Part shown: positions 12,526 to 26,107 of the stretch, piece by piece | How the letters are laid out: every line of letters begins with the position of its first letter | How positions within the stretch are numbered: the first letter of the stretch is position 1 | DNA from: Girardia tigrina | Taxonomy: Eukaryota | Direction of reading: 5' to 3' | Length of the DNA stretch: 50,389 nt | NCBI GenBank assembly: GCA_001938485.1 | Contig: MQRK01252463.1 | Span: forward strand, 1 to 50,389 | The notes under the pieces: generated by a model | What the model saw: only the letters and a program-made list of their open reading frames with translations | What the model was told of the DNA's origin: nothing | Databases searched by the model: none | Made by a program: the position numbers and the translations under genes

Positions 12526-15111
12526 TTAAATCATACATAAAACCATTCTACCACTCTCACGCGATTTGGTCTTTTCTTTGGCCTCTTTCTGTAATTTATT
12601 AACATCATTGTCAATGATTCTTTTGTGCTGTTATATTAGACAATATCAATATGATATCGGTATCGATTAATTCTAACTTGATGAAGTGCAAATTGGACTT
12701 TGAATCTCTTGAAGTCAGTCAGATTTGCTCGAATCGACTTCCTTTTCAGATCCTTGCCAGGCGGTAACTCCTCCCATTTCGTGGTGATATCAGCCTGTAG
12801 CTATCTGCAATGTGGGGTAACAAGGAGCGTTAGTTATCTTGTAAAATTTACCACGTGTGGATGGCGCTCGGAAGTCACATGGGTCGCCATTAATCCCGCG
12901 CATTGCTCTTCACCTTGATGAAGCGAAGGCAGGGGCGCAAGCCATCAATCGGTTATCGAGAAACAGAAATAGAGATCGGAATAAAATAAAATCGACAATA
13001 ATTCGCGACGTGTTAATATTGTTTATTTATGTTAAGACACGGGCAAAGGAGAAACACTTTCCTTTACTTTACTATTGTGCTTAACAAAAGAAGACAATAA
13101 ATCTTCTATTAATTTATTAAATCTCCTATGGAGTTAATTAAGTAAAATCTCCTTCGGTTAAAATCTAACAAATGATCAATATTTATTCAATTATCAATAA
13201 TGCAAAACGATAAGAAATAAAAATTTATTGACAATATAAACAATGTAGTACAATTTAATTGAAAGAAAAATAAAAATATAAAAATATCCCACGTGTGGAT
13301 TGTAATTAGAGCGCTTTGAAATCACCGTTTCAAAGCGTTCAACAGTTTAATAAATAACGATTATTAATTTATTATAATTCGAATTAATTATTTTATTTAA
13401 TTAAATTTTAAAAAAAGACTTAGTTTTAAAGGGAAATATAATAACCTCCAACTAAAGAAATCCTTCTAGATCGCAAATCGAAATCCTTCAATTATCCACT
13501 AAGCTCGTCGAAAGGAACTCGCGAAATCGAAATCCTCAATATTTCACTAAACTTGTCGAAAGGAANNNGCGAAATCGAAATCCTCAATATTTCACTAAAC
13601 TTGTCGAAAGGAATAATCTCCACGCAGTTAAAATTGGATTGAATCGTCGTCAAATGGTTTAGGGCCTGTTAAAATAATTATGTAACTACGGCTTGAGACG
13701 TTTTATCAATTATTTTATACTGTCTTGACGTAGTCGCGTAGTAAACAAGATTGTAAGAAGAATAATGTAAATCGCGTGTCTTGACGTAGTCGCGTAGAAA
13801 AAACAAGATTGTGATTTGCGCGTGGTCGTACAGTGATGCGTCTGAGAACAAACAATAAACGCGTGGCTCACACGAAAAAATAATAATTTGATTTAATTAT
13901 TTTACATTTAATTTGAAAATTTTTTTTATCAAGTTTACTTAATTATTTACAGTAAATTTTTNNNNNNNNNNNNNNNNNNNNNNNNNNNNNNNNNNNNNNN
14001 NNNNNNNNNNNATGGAGTTAATTAAGTAAAATCTCCTTCGGTTAAAATCTAACAAATGATCAATATTTATTCAATTATCAATAATGCAAAACGATAAGAA
14101 ATAAAAATTTATTGACAATATAAACAATGTAGTACAATTTAATTGAAAGAAAAATAAAAATATAAAAATATCCCACGTGTGGATTGTAATTAGAGCGCTT
14201 TGAAATCACCGTTTCAAAGCGTTCAACAGTTTAATAAATAACGATTATTAATTTATTATAATTCGAATTAATTATTTTATTTAATTAAATTTTAAAAAAA
14301 GACTTAGTTTTAAAGGGAAATATAATAACCTCCAACTAAAGAAATCCTTCTAGATCGCAAATCGAAATCCTTCAATTATCCACTAAGCTCGTCGAAAGGA
14401 ACTCGCGAAATCGAAATCCTCAATATTTCACTAAACTTGTCGAAAGGAANNNGCGAAATCGAAATCCTCAATATTTCACTAAACTTGTCGAAAGGAATAA
14501 TCTCCACGCAGTTAAAATTGGATTGAATCGTCGTCAAATGGTTTAGGGCCTGTTAAAATAATTATGTAACTACGGCTTGAGCCGTTTTATCAATTATTTT
14601 ATACTGTCTTGACGTAGTCGCGTAATAAACAAGATTGTAAGAAGAATAATGTAAATCGCGTGTCTTGACGTAGTCGCGTAGAAAAAACAAGATTGTGATT
14701 TGCGCGTGGTCGTACAGTGATGCGTGTGAGAACAAACAATAAACGCGTGGCTCACACGAAAAAATAATAATTTGATTTAATTATTTTACATTTAATTTGA
14801 AAATTTTTTTTATCAAGTTTACTTAATTATTTACAGTAAATTTTTGTGTGGTCTAGCGGTCTCTAGATAGCCTTTATCCATTCCATTCGCACAATCTTCG
14901 ACCTCGAGCCTCGTTTGAAATTCAATTTCAAAGAGGTCAACGGCAACTTTTTAGTGCTTATGCCTTGTCGTTGTACACCCGAGCACGGTCCATCAATCAA
15001 AGCTCGGTTTTGATCAATTATATGAACTATTACTGTCAATATGTCTTTCATCTTTCCGGCTGTAATTAAAGCCACTCGTCCAATTTCGATATTCTTTCTA
15101 CTATTTTTCAT
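12526..15111 (-). CDS. RPL14: 60S ribosomal protein L14 (eL14) homolog, segments 15111-14872, 12794-12678, 12627-12526; possibly a pseudogene
   Basis: EIGRVALI...IVHIIDQNRALIDGP...WIK|ADITTKW...RANLTDFKRFKV. Canonical 50-nt intron at 12628-12677. The first interruption (12795-14871) is an LTR-like insertion. Confidence 0.85.
12796..14867. mobile_element. Solo-LTR-like insertion in RPL14 (length probably inflated by an assembly duplication)
   Basis: Starts TGTAG, ends CTAGA (one change from CTACA). Flanked by cagcc/tagcc (5-bp TSD, one mismatch). Internal ~43-bp triplicated and tgtcttgacgtagtcgcgta duplicated motifs. Confidence 0.6.
13128..14845. repeat. ~835-bp near-identical direct duplication across an N gap, likely an assembly overlap
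   Basis: 13128-13961 matches 14012-14845 with very few differences and the same internal nnn. Confidence 0.85.
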
Positions 15112-15152
15112 TTTAAATTTGAAAAGGTAGACACAAAGAAAGAAACTTGACA

Positions 15153-15191
<39 letters not shown>

Positions 15192-15229
15192 TCGAATTCA
15201 CTAATAGTACATTCATTAGTTCAATACAA

Positions 15230-15525
15230 TCATTTATCTCTTTCCTTAAAAGCTTTAAAAGGCTTGCTGATAGCCAAATCTAATATTTGTATGTAAGCCG
15301 TCATACTTGAGGGAATCATAACTTGATCAATTTTCCTTCCTCTTAAAAACTCTTTCATCGCTAGCGCTCTGTTTGTACTAGCAGAATCCTAACTAAGAAG
15401 TCCTTTTCTATCACACCTGAGAACTAAAGGAAAAGTGATGTCAATCCATTTTTTTATGACATCTTGGGTACACCATGCTTTTGGACTTATAGACGATATA
15501 GACTCCATTAACCTTCTCTATAGCC
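15230..15525 (-). mobile_element. pogo-type DDE transposase fragment between (TA)n tracts
   Basis: SPKAWCTQDVIKKWI...S*DSASTNRA...MIPSSMTAYIQILDLAISKPFK. Confidence 0.8.
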
Positions 15526-15527
15526 TC

Positions 15528-15593
15528 ATATATATATATATATNNNNNNNNNNNNNNNNNNNNNNNNNNNNNNNNNNNNNNNNNNNNNNNNNN

Positions 15594-15636
<43 letters not shown>
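15528..15636. repeat. (TA)n microsatellite; others at ~10565-10592, 15159-15188, 30847-30886, 47380-47404
   Basis: Directly visible dinucleotide runs. Confidence 0.95.
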
Positions 15637-15640
<4 letters not shown>

Positions 15641-17614
15641 CCAGATCGATACAATATCATTGTATTTTTAGTGAACACGATTTATTTTACTTTTTATCCA
15701 TAATCTATTTTTTGATCAGAACTAATAATTTTTTTATTAATTATTATATTACGATAGAATTATAATTTTAAATGTTCAAATTTTATTATAAGATTTTGAG
15801 ATAAAATGAACCTGAATGCGATGCGTATAACGACGTCACACAAAACGAAGTTTGAGAAACTGATATTCGGAAAATAACCAAAATTTCGTAAACTTCAATC
15901 AATGGAAGGCCAGGAAAATATCAAATCAAATTTATTCGGAGAAAACCACTAATTCTCGAATTACTCAAAGATCTGTTATTCCGCTAAGCAAATTATTACT
16001 TTTGTCAAATTTCTATTCTTCTTCTAAGTTTAAATATTATGTGTATGGCTTATAATTAAATATTGTATTCTATGCGAAATGAAAGATACTTATGAATGCG
16101 TGACTGAGAAATAAAAATTAAATTCAATTAAAAAAATTAAAGGTATAAATTCTAAACGCATAATCAAAATATGTACGACACAAATAACTACATAAGCATG
16201 ACGTTCTCGCGAAGTTTTTTACTTAAAAATACATGTATTTATATTTTAATCAAACATTTTCATAAATAAAGAAGATATATAAACAGATTATATATAACAT
16301 AAGCACTACCCGAACAGATTCAGTTTACTTTCTTCCCTTTCGGTATAATGAAACTAAAAACGAATAATAAATATTGATAAATTACAGTAAATAAGATTTA
16401 CCTCTAATTAAATATAATATAAAAAATTTTCTGTTATCAAAAAAATTGTATTTCAAAATTTGATAAAGGTATTTATATTCGAATAGGATGTTTAGTATAA
16501 TTAATACTAATAAATTTAGTAATAAAAGTAATATTAGAAAAATGGATTAAAAGTTCCTACCCAAGTTGACAAACAAATTAATTTTATGATTAAGAATTTC
16601 CAAAAAGTAAAGATATAATTTTGAATCTTCGAAATTCTTTATTGGCTAAAGTGTCAGCCTTTTAAATGACATGGCCTTTAGTTGCGATACAAGAATCATT
16701 ATAATTGAGCTGTAATTAAATGCATTAGTCGAGTTTTGGAAATAATAGTAGTCACTTCGGTCAATGGAGCACCGATTTCGGCTCGATATTTTATAAGGTA
16801 GTCACAACTTCCAATCACCGATTGTTTCGGATTTAAATCAAGAAAGACAAATTATTATAAAATTATTAATTAAAAAAATACAAAATATTTATTGATTTAA
16901 AAAAAATAATTATTTTGTAAAAAGATTATCTGTTAAAAAAGAATTTTTATAGTGTTGTTTTAACACTTCATTTAATAAGATAAATTTGAAAATTCGAATA
17001 ATCATGCTTTTTGTTTGATATTGGCCTTTAATCAACTCAAAATAATAAATTTTTCTTTGAATTAGCATTTTTACTGTCGTTTGTGTTATTCGGAGAGAAA
17101 CAAATCGTCTCGTCATTGGATTATGTTGTTCGCTTTCTCAGATAGAATGATTACCAGATTGACATGTCGATCAGGAAACACGGAGCAGGTTCCCAAGAAA
17201 TGTCAGAGACAATTAGAGGATGTGGCGTAAGATGGTATCGCGAAATCACCAACCATTCTCTATGCATGTTCATTGTTCTCGGCACCAGGCTCGATGCGTA
17301 CAGGACTGTCATCTATGACTAGGCGGAAAGAGACCGACAAAACACTCTGATTAGTTATCCACAGGCTTAATATTACCCAAAGAAATCGAAACTGTCAATA
17401 ACGCTGATGAAATCTTGAACAGGATTGTGCATTCACCAGTAATAGTTCTTAACATGTATTAAAAATTCAAATCGATTATTTGTTTAATTCAAAAAATCAC
17501 AGAACCCAATTACCAAATAATTAATATACATACTTCTTTAAAACTTATTATACATCAAGAATCCTTTAATCTAGTTAAAAGAAAATTCGAAAATACTTAT
17601 TTATTTTGCCTATA

Positions 17615-19629
17615 AAGTGAAACCTCATTAACTCGATTTGGAAGGGACCTATATAATTTATCGACTTATCCAAAGTTTATAGAAACGGATATTTCAAAAA
17701 AAAATATTACTCTCAGTGGGAATTTGATACATAATCATAGTCAAAGTTTTAATTTTGTAAAAAATTTGTAATTTTAGACTGTATTTTCATTGCATCATGG
17801 GAGGTTGTAATAAATCTTTCCAAATTAGCAATGTTAAATAACATCGGCATTTTAAGTATCTTTGGCATTTCCATTTATTTGACATAGTAACGCAAAGCAT
17901 GAATCACATTTTGAACCACCAAATATGTTGGAACTGACTCATTATCAGCGTCCATATTATCATCGTCATTACTACTATCATCAAAATCATCATCACCAGG
18001 TTTAGTACTTTTAACTGAGAGAATTATGTCATCATCCGTCTCCATAGTGCAGATATCAAGGTTATAATCCAGTGATACAGAATCCGCCAAATTGGTGGTG
18101 TTACAAACAAAACCAGTAGCACTGAGTCTTTCAAAAATGTTTCCAAAAATGTAGTATCATGAATGTTAACATCAACATTATCAGATGTTGCCGGTTCAGG
18201 TAATTTGAGTTTATATCCAGCATGGGCAAAACAGTTAACAATTGTCGTTAAGGAAAGCTGTAACCAGAATGCATATGAGATGCATGGCATTTAAAATACT
18301 TGTGTGAAATTCAGTTTTATAGTCAATTGAGGAAATTAATTTCGAAAGTAATTTCTTGCGATACAAAGATTTTAGGCATTTAATAATTCCCATGTCCAAT
18401 AGATGAATGGATGATGTTGTTCTAGGAAGTGCGAATACAAGCTCTATGCATTTTAGGCCTTGTGCATGTGGATGGGCTGCACAGTTGTCATTCACCATTG
18501 CAACTTTGCGTTTTGCACTCTTCATTTGTTTATCGAATTGTCTCAATCATTCGGTTAATAATTTACCCGTTATCCATGACTTTTGGTTAGGACGAGAAAA
18601 GATTTAACTTTTTTAAATCATCGAGGCTTAACCGCTTTTTCAATAACAAGTAGCTTTCGCTTCACTGATTCATTCATATTGAAACAAACTAATACTGTGA
18701 GACGCTCCTTTGATTTCTCCCCGCTATGAGAAGTTGTACATTTCATAGCTAAAGTGGTATCGATAAGCATCTTAAAGAACATTCCAGTTTCATCTGCATT
18801 ACATATGTCTTGAGACTTGTACTTTGATAAAAGGTCATTCAGTCCTGTATTCATCCAGGAATTGGTCATTTATGGTGTAACTGATGCACCCACACCACTC
18901 AATTTGTAAGAACAAATATCTAATCTTGCTTTAAATCTCTCTAACCAACCATTACTGCAGTGAAAAATCCTAATTGGAAATCCTAATTGTTCAACGAAAT
19001 GGTTGGTCTTTGCCAATATAATGACAACTTATGTAGTTACATGATCTTTGCGAACTTAGAGAAACCAATTAAACAAATCAGATTCTAATTTCGGATTAGC
19101 ACCAGTGCACATTCGCCTTCTGGAAAGGGCAAATTCGAATTGTTGAACTGAAGAGAGGATACTTTGTTTTGCTCGTCACCAAATGGACACTGTGCTTTTA
19201 GGAACGTTATACTTCTTTGAAACATCTGAAATGCTAACCCTTTCTTTTTTTTAAATTGACGCTTTAAACTCAAAGGAATAGGCAACCAACTTTCGAGAAC
19301 TCATCCTTTAATACAAATTTAATGTAAATTAATTGATAATTTTTGTAAAACAAAAATATGAAAATAAACTTTATTGGATTGAAATTTAACACAACAACAA
19401 ATGTTTCTCACGATTTGATTTGTCGCTCGTCTATTTCAGATAAACGAATCGATTTTATTTAAATTCATAATTAATTATTACAATTTCAATGGATAAATTC
19501 AATGAATTAATTAATCTAGTTATCCATATTGAGTTAACCAGTCACATTCATATTTATAATGACCAGTAATTACACGGGACTCATTAATCACATCGAGTTA
19601 ACCGATATGGTCTTAACGAGGTTTCACTG
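17615..19629 (-). mobile_element. Tigger/pogo transposon with a degraded transposase
   Basis: TA-flanked TIRs (c/a)agtgaaacctc(g/a)ttaa. Fragments CSNGWLERFKAR, ICNADETGMFFK, SKERLTVLVCFN, DNCAAH, LDMGIIKCLKSLYRK, TIVNCFAHAG. Confidence 0.92.
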
Positions 19630-20339
19630 TATTAATAACCAGAAATCTTCTATAATAAAGTTCAAATTGCATTGATCGAGCGCATCTATGTTTCGGAATG
19701 GAATAGCGGGAGACCCATTTAGAGTTCATTAAACACAAAACAAATGATACTGAAAAAAATAATGAAGACTTTGATGCAATAATATCATTGTCATTTTTCA
19801 ATAAATATTCATTTTATTTTGTCATTTAGCTTTTATTGTTCTTTTTATTCATGGCAAGGATGTGCAATACTTTTTATTAACTTCAATAAATCGAAATAAA
19901 TTTTGAAAAACAGAAGAAAATTAAAATACGCGAAGTTTACTGTATTAACTGTGAGACTTGTGAACAGACATAGTTACCAATCTTGGTTTAAATATTTATA
20001 TTTATTATTTAATCAACTTGGAAGCTATTGTAAGTAACACAAACATAAAGTCTACTGAACCCAATACATTATGGACAAGGTTAACTATATATAGTTTTGA
20101 TCATGTATCACTAGCAAAAATTTGTAAACCTTCAGTATGATTTATGGCTTAGAAAAGGAGTTCTTAACTTGCACCCCCTGACACTTAAGCGAATTTGAGG
20201 AATCCATGCAAAGAATATTTTAGAACAAGATAAAATAAAAGATGTAATATAGAATATTTATTTTTATAGGTTCATATTGTATTACTACACTAAAATTATT
20301 AAATAATTTGAAAATACATGTCAGCTATTGTCCTCTTTA

Positions 20340-21500
20340 TAGGACTTAGATGGGATTAAAAAGAACCACAAATAACAATAGGTTGAGAAACTCTGGTTAA
20401 TTTATCAATATTAACTAATTTGTCAATCATCTCTTCAAAATGCATGGGCCGGCGTCTAGGATTTGCAGAAATTGATTGACCGGTAGTCCGGATTTCTTGT
20501 TTGATTACCGTGGTGTGACCTAAATGAAATTTTGAAGCCATAAAAATTGATCCGTATTCTTTAACAAGTAAAGTTAATGGAAAGTTTGACTTGTCAATTA
20601 AACTCCATAACGCAGCAGTAATATGATCATGATTATTAAGTATAAGTTCCAATTCCGAAGTATCAATAGTGTTCACTTCCGTTAAGTCTATGCCACACAT
20701 TCTGATCATATCGATTTTCCTCCAATAAATTCAGAGCATATATTTCGCACAATCACTATTCATTTTTTTCCTCAACACTGTCCCACAAAATTTCAACATA
20801 TATTTTACCTAAACACATTTCAGGACTTGTAATAAAAATACCTGAAAGTTTAATTTCTGATCACGGCATATCTGGTCTTCTTATTCGATGACATTTATCT
20901 TCGCTCGTAACTGTGATTGAAGCACCGGAATTTCAAAACATTTCAACATTAATTCCATTATAATTCATCAAACTCCATATTCTACCATCTGCCTTCTGGA
21001 ACATCCCTTCTTTCATCACTTGTCCCATTCTTCGTCATCTATTTCTGTCTTCAATCATATTTACTGACTCAACCCCACCGACGAGATAGGCACGATGGTT
21101 TGATATCGATTTTTTACGTCGTTATCTTCTTCAATTTCCTGTAATTTTTCCTCGATCGGGTCATGAGTTTTATCATCTTGAATGTACATTATTTATATTG
21201 GGGATTTTGATTTAGTTTTGTTGCCAAATACCAATCTTTAAATCTATGATCGTGCTTACCGCATAATTAATAACGATTTCTCAAGGGACATTCTCTTCTT
21301 TGATGGCTATATCTCCACAATAAAAACATGCACCGGGCCGGAGAACCTCCGGATTTGGTGGGGCAATACCTCTACACTTATTATAAAATTCCTTTCCTAT
21401 TATTTTCTTAGATCTCGGAGGCCTATTATTCTGACCATATCGATTCTCAGACTAATTTCCAGATGGGGTTGTATGATGTGAATATCTATTATCAAAATAA
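20340..21500 (-). mobile_element. Degraded Ty3/Gypsy gag-protease-RT start
   Basis: Knuckle remnant CFYCG (~21320), protease-like CF..GASITV (~20920), and FHLGHTTVIKQEIRTTGQSISANPRRRPMHFEEMIDKLV of the pre-RT region. Confidence 0.75.
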
Positions 21501-24462
21501 CGATCATATTACCGACAAAAGGCTGTGATCTGTCTTGAATTCGGGCGGCTGTCGTATATAATTGACTGGACTGTGTAAACTGACGCGCCTACTCTGGTTG
21601 GATATTTCTGGATACCATTTCGGCATACTTTGATTTGACCCCATTGATCTCCTTACGCACTGTTGATTTTTCCAAATTGCTTGCCAGTTCTCGGCGTCTC
21701 TCATCATTTAATGAAAGATAAGATCCAACGCAAAAAAACTCTCAATTCAACATATATCAGTCCCTGAAATATAAATAAGGGAATCATTTCTTCTGAGGAT
21801 AACTTAAGATATAAAATGTCATCCACCATTTTCCGAATCTCAAAACTTCGGTACTTCTCGTCAGCTCTAAAAATTGAAAAGTGTGCCAAACAATTACACA
21901 ATCAAATAATTATTAAAACAACGTTGTATCTAACTACGAAGATAAAAAATTAATAAATATAATCAAATCATCAATTTTGCTCTAACCAATTTTTTCTTTT
22001 CTCGTATTTTCTACTCTGCCAACCAATTGTTGAGTGACTACGCAGAGTTTGTAATGCTTCTTTGTCTGTCGTTGAAATCGTCAAAATAAGCATATATAAG
22101 TGTGGATAATAAGACATACTGATCATAATTTCTTGTCTAATTTTTTGAGCTGTCTAATTAAAAACTTGGGAAAATTTACTAAAAGCTTCAATTTTTTGAT
22201 CTTGTGACATTGACTGATATTTCTGTTCTGTTATCACTTTAGTGATTGACAAATCAAGCACTTTTTCAAATTCACTGAAACTAAAAAAATGACAATTTAA
22301 TAAATTAAAATTATCATGTTGATCTTAAGGGTCCTCATTAGGTCCATAAATTTTGATTGGTGGCCGGGATTAAGATCCACGAGTAGTGAACGAGAGGGTG
22401 TTGATTTTTTTGTATCTGCAATGGCTGTCAGAGGGCGATGGACATTAACAATTTGATTAAAAACAGAAAAAAATATTACTTTAATAATTTGGAAAAAGAA
22501 TTAATTTAAAATTATAACAAAAGTGTTTGTTTAACTGAAAAAAATTACAAGTTATTAGAGAAAAGTGAAGTGAAAAACAAAAATTAATGTTCTAAGCTCA
22601 CATTTAATTTAGTTAATATAGTTTGGTATTAAAAATTACAATGACAGCTAAGATAGACGTAACTAACAATCATAAAATAAAAAGACATTTTATTGTTTTT
22701 GATGATAATTTTGAATAATTTTTTTAGAATCCCCTATAATATATTCATTAACTTCATATTCATTACAGTATATCGTATGTATAATTATTAACAATAGCTT
22801 AAACACATCTTTTTAATGAATGTGTATTTTTACAAATAAAACAGTAAATTATTTAATAAAATACAAATTTTATAAATTTTTTATTAAAGTAGAAAAATCA
22901 AGTTGTATTTAATTCTTTATTTTTTAGTTTTTGAGGCATTTCCGGCCACTTGTTTATATCCATTCTTTCTACAAATATCGACTGGATTCACATCACGACT
23001 ATATTTAATTATAAGAACGTTCACTGCCATTGCACCGCTGTTTAAAAGTGACAACACTAAAGTTTCAAAAATAAAGTTTCATAATTTTTTAAACAATAAA
23101 TCAATTCTCTTTTTTTTCATAAAACTGTTATGACTTCTCAGAGATTATATCGACGGTCGTCATTTTGCACATCCGAAGATCGAAGTCTCGCATTTTGAGT
23201 AAAAGTTCAATTGATGATTTCTGAAAATAGTGAAGTCCCTGTTGTTTTTGACTTTCCATCCGTTATTGAATCTGTAACAGAGAATCACGCGAAATAAAGA
23301 ATAAACACAAATACTAGAAGATTCATGTATCTCCTCACTTGATTTGTCGGTCATTTATGTTCTTTTAATATTTTATGGCCAAAGTAATCCCCTATTCTCA
23401 AAGATTAGCAATGATTGTATTCAACTTTTCTTGCTGATCGATGAACTTCTAAAATTCAGAAGCATCAAGAAACGAACGACACGAGTTCGTTGATTATATC
23501 AATTGATTACTAAATGCCTTAGACAACTCCCTTGCAAACAGAACTGCCGATAAATCACAGAGAATTTTGACGATGATTAAATAATTGTATTACGATTTCT
23601 ATGATGCATTTATCGACACAATTTGTTATTTGAATTTAGTTATAATCTAGGGTGGGCTTAAGTTTAATATTAAATTTAACGCCTGTACCCATGCCCGCTA
23701 CTATTCTTTGTTGCCCGGCTTGAAGACGAGCCCAAGATATATAAGTGCTTTAGCATTTCACACTATATATACATAACATATTAATGTATAAATGCTTATA
23801 CATAATAATATTATAATATAAACATGTACTTTAAGGGATTGGAAAGGAGGTAGATGGGTTATGGTTAGTGTTTTGTGAGCAAAAGTTTTTTTATTTTTTT
23901 TATTTATCGAATTATAATAATAAATAATATAGCAACGGATTTTTAACGCCGAAAAATTAAATATTTTATCATATCTTTATGGAATAAAATTTATCTTGTG
24001 GTGTTTATTCGAATCAAATGAATAAACAAATCCGATTTAAATCATTATTATATTGATAAAATGACTGATAGTGAAAGTCAAGATTCTCTATCAAAGGATG
24101 GTACATTTTTTTTAGTTAATGTTGGTACTACAATTAATTCCGATGATTAAATGGATAACAATCAAATCGATTGTGACTTTATCGATAAAACAGTGACGGA
24201 GAAAAATTTCACAAAAAATATTGTTTTTTTTAATATAACTAATCGATTTAATAACATTGAATAAATAATTATCCATATAAAAGTGAAATACATAAAAAAG
24301 ATAATTTACGAAAATTTTCTCAAAATATTTTTCTCGATGGAATCGATCGTTAATAAATACGAATTGTCGCTACTGTTGGGATTCTGAAAAAATAAAAATA
24401 CAAAATATATAAATGAGCGTACTCGTTGTCCTAAATAAAAAATTAAGAAAAATAATAAATAA

Positions 24463-26107
24463 ATGGAAAATAAACGAGCTAAATCGAAATTTCTGCACTT
24501 GTTTATGGAAGAGCTGGGAAAGGTTCATAGATTACCAATTTTGCGCAGTGATTGGAGTGATAACGAAACGTCTGATGTTGTCAAGGTCAAATTGGTGTTA
24601 CAGATGAACGAAACTGCTAATGAATATGAAACTCGTCTCAATTAAGCCGGCAAAATTATGGAGCAACAGCTAAATCAATTGAAGTCTATTAAAAATTAAC
24701 AAAATAATCAATTTGGTAATATGTTAGAGTTTTGGAAATATACATGTTGTTTCAGAATGAATTAAAAAAAATGAGAAATGAGGTAAAATACGTAAAAATA
24801 TTAAAGAAATTATTGAATTAAATTTACAAAATGATAAAACTGAACATTTTATAAAGTTGGTAGTAAATTATTTAGATGATAATACAACGATGAATTGTGA
24901 AATGAAAACATTTTTGAATTTTTTAGGAGAACAATTGAGAAAAATGCCTATGACAGATAACCTTCAGATTTTTATAACTCTTAATGGACAAGAATTTACA
25001 GAAATACAAATTGATCATCTTAAAAAAGTTAAACATTTGAAAGAAATGCTTGTGCAAAAGATTGGAAATGATAAATTTATTATGAATTTTAAATGTTTTG
25101 AATTAGAATTAGTCGACTATTTAGTGGATTATGGAATATTACCAAAAAACATTAATACTGTTGATATTATAATGTTAGAAAATAATGATAATAAAATGAA
25201 TATATCTGAACATTATATTAAAGATTTGGCATTACGATTAGAAAATGAAGTTAATGAAGAAAAGTTAAAGAATATAATTAAAGAAATAGAAACATTCAGA
25301 TTCCTGGTCACAACGCTTTGGAAGATGCCATCGCGATCAAGAATATTTATAAGGCAATCGAGCCGAATTATATCGATCACAGGATTTAGGAATCCATGGA
25401 AGTGGAAACCCAAAAAAAGAAAAACAGCGCCAGACTGTAGAATAGTGATCGATGAGAAAAGAAGAAAAAGAAATCTTGAAGAAGAATTAAAGATATTAGA
25501 AGTAAATTTTGACCCATTGGTAGATCCTGAGGTTGAGTTATTGGAGGAGGAGGATCTAATTGCGACACTGACGGAAGGAATTAAAGTGGATTTAGTAATC
25601 AGTTTTGGTACGCAAACTCATCGGAAAAAAACACCTTGAGTTCGGGACTCAAACCTTAAGACCAACGGTGGCCGAACAATCAACGAAGATTACAAACATA
25701 ACCCCGCAAAATCAAATAGAAGTCATGGGAAAAACCTACTATTTGGAGAAGTTAATTTTTCGGGCGGAGACGGGAGAACGGAAGGACCGAATTAAAAAAA
25801 ACTATCAATTCATAGAAACTGATAACACAATCGTGGGAAACTACGCAAATAATTCCAACCTATTCAAAAAAAGGAAATAATATGAACTAACATTGCAACA
25901 AAATCGTGGGATTAATTTAATACCCAACAAATATCTAAAATATTGTCCCTGATTTAAAACGGAAGGTCAAGGATTTGGTTAGGCGATACGGAAAAATATT
26001 TTGAATCGATTGAGTGTATGTTACGGTCAAATATGGGTCTATTATGAATTTGAGGGAGTGGTGGATCGATCATCGGCGGCTCTGGAGAGTTTATCGAGTG
26101 AGATAAT
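24463..26107 (+). pseudogene. Decayed intronless ORF with a ubiquitin-like domain; origin unknown
   Basis: Consecutive plus-strand ORF pieces. 24962-25175 reads LQIFITLNGQEFTEIQID...VKHLKEML...ELELVDYLVDYGI, which aligns by eye with ubiquitin. Confidence 0.55.

Noticed and set aside
13128-14845. Apparent pair of LTRs or real tandem duplication
   Set aside because: The copies flank an N gap and share the same internal nnn, so a contig or haplotype overlap is most likely.
14851-14867. Helitron-like CTAG end for the RPL14 insertion
   Set aside because: Not at an A|T site, and Helitron boundaries would not restore the RPL14 frame; a TSD-flanked insertion fits better.
17090-17460. Possible piggyBac C-terminal fragment
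   Set aside because: Weak resemblance, with the conserved cysteines missing.
21500-23400. Possible Academ- or hAT-like transposase remnants on the minus strand
   Set aside because: Only vague motifs (CLICQ and a possible dimerisation-like stretch); too degraded to call.
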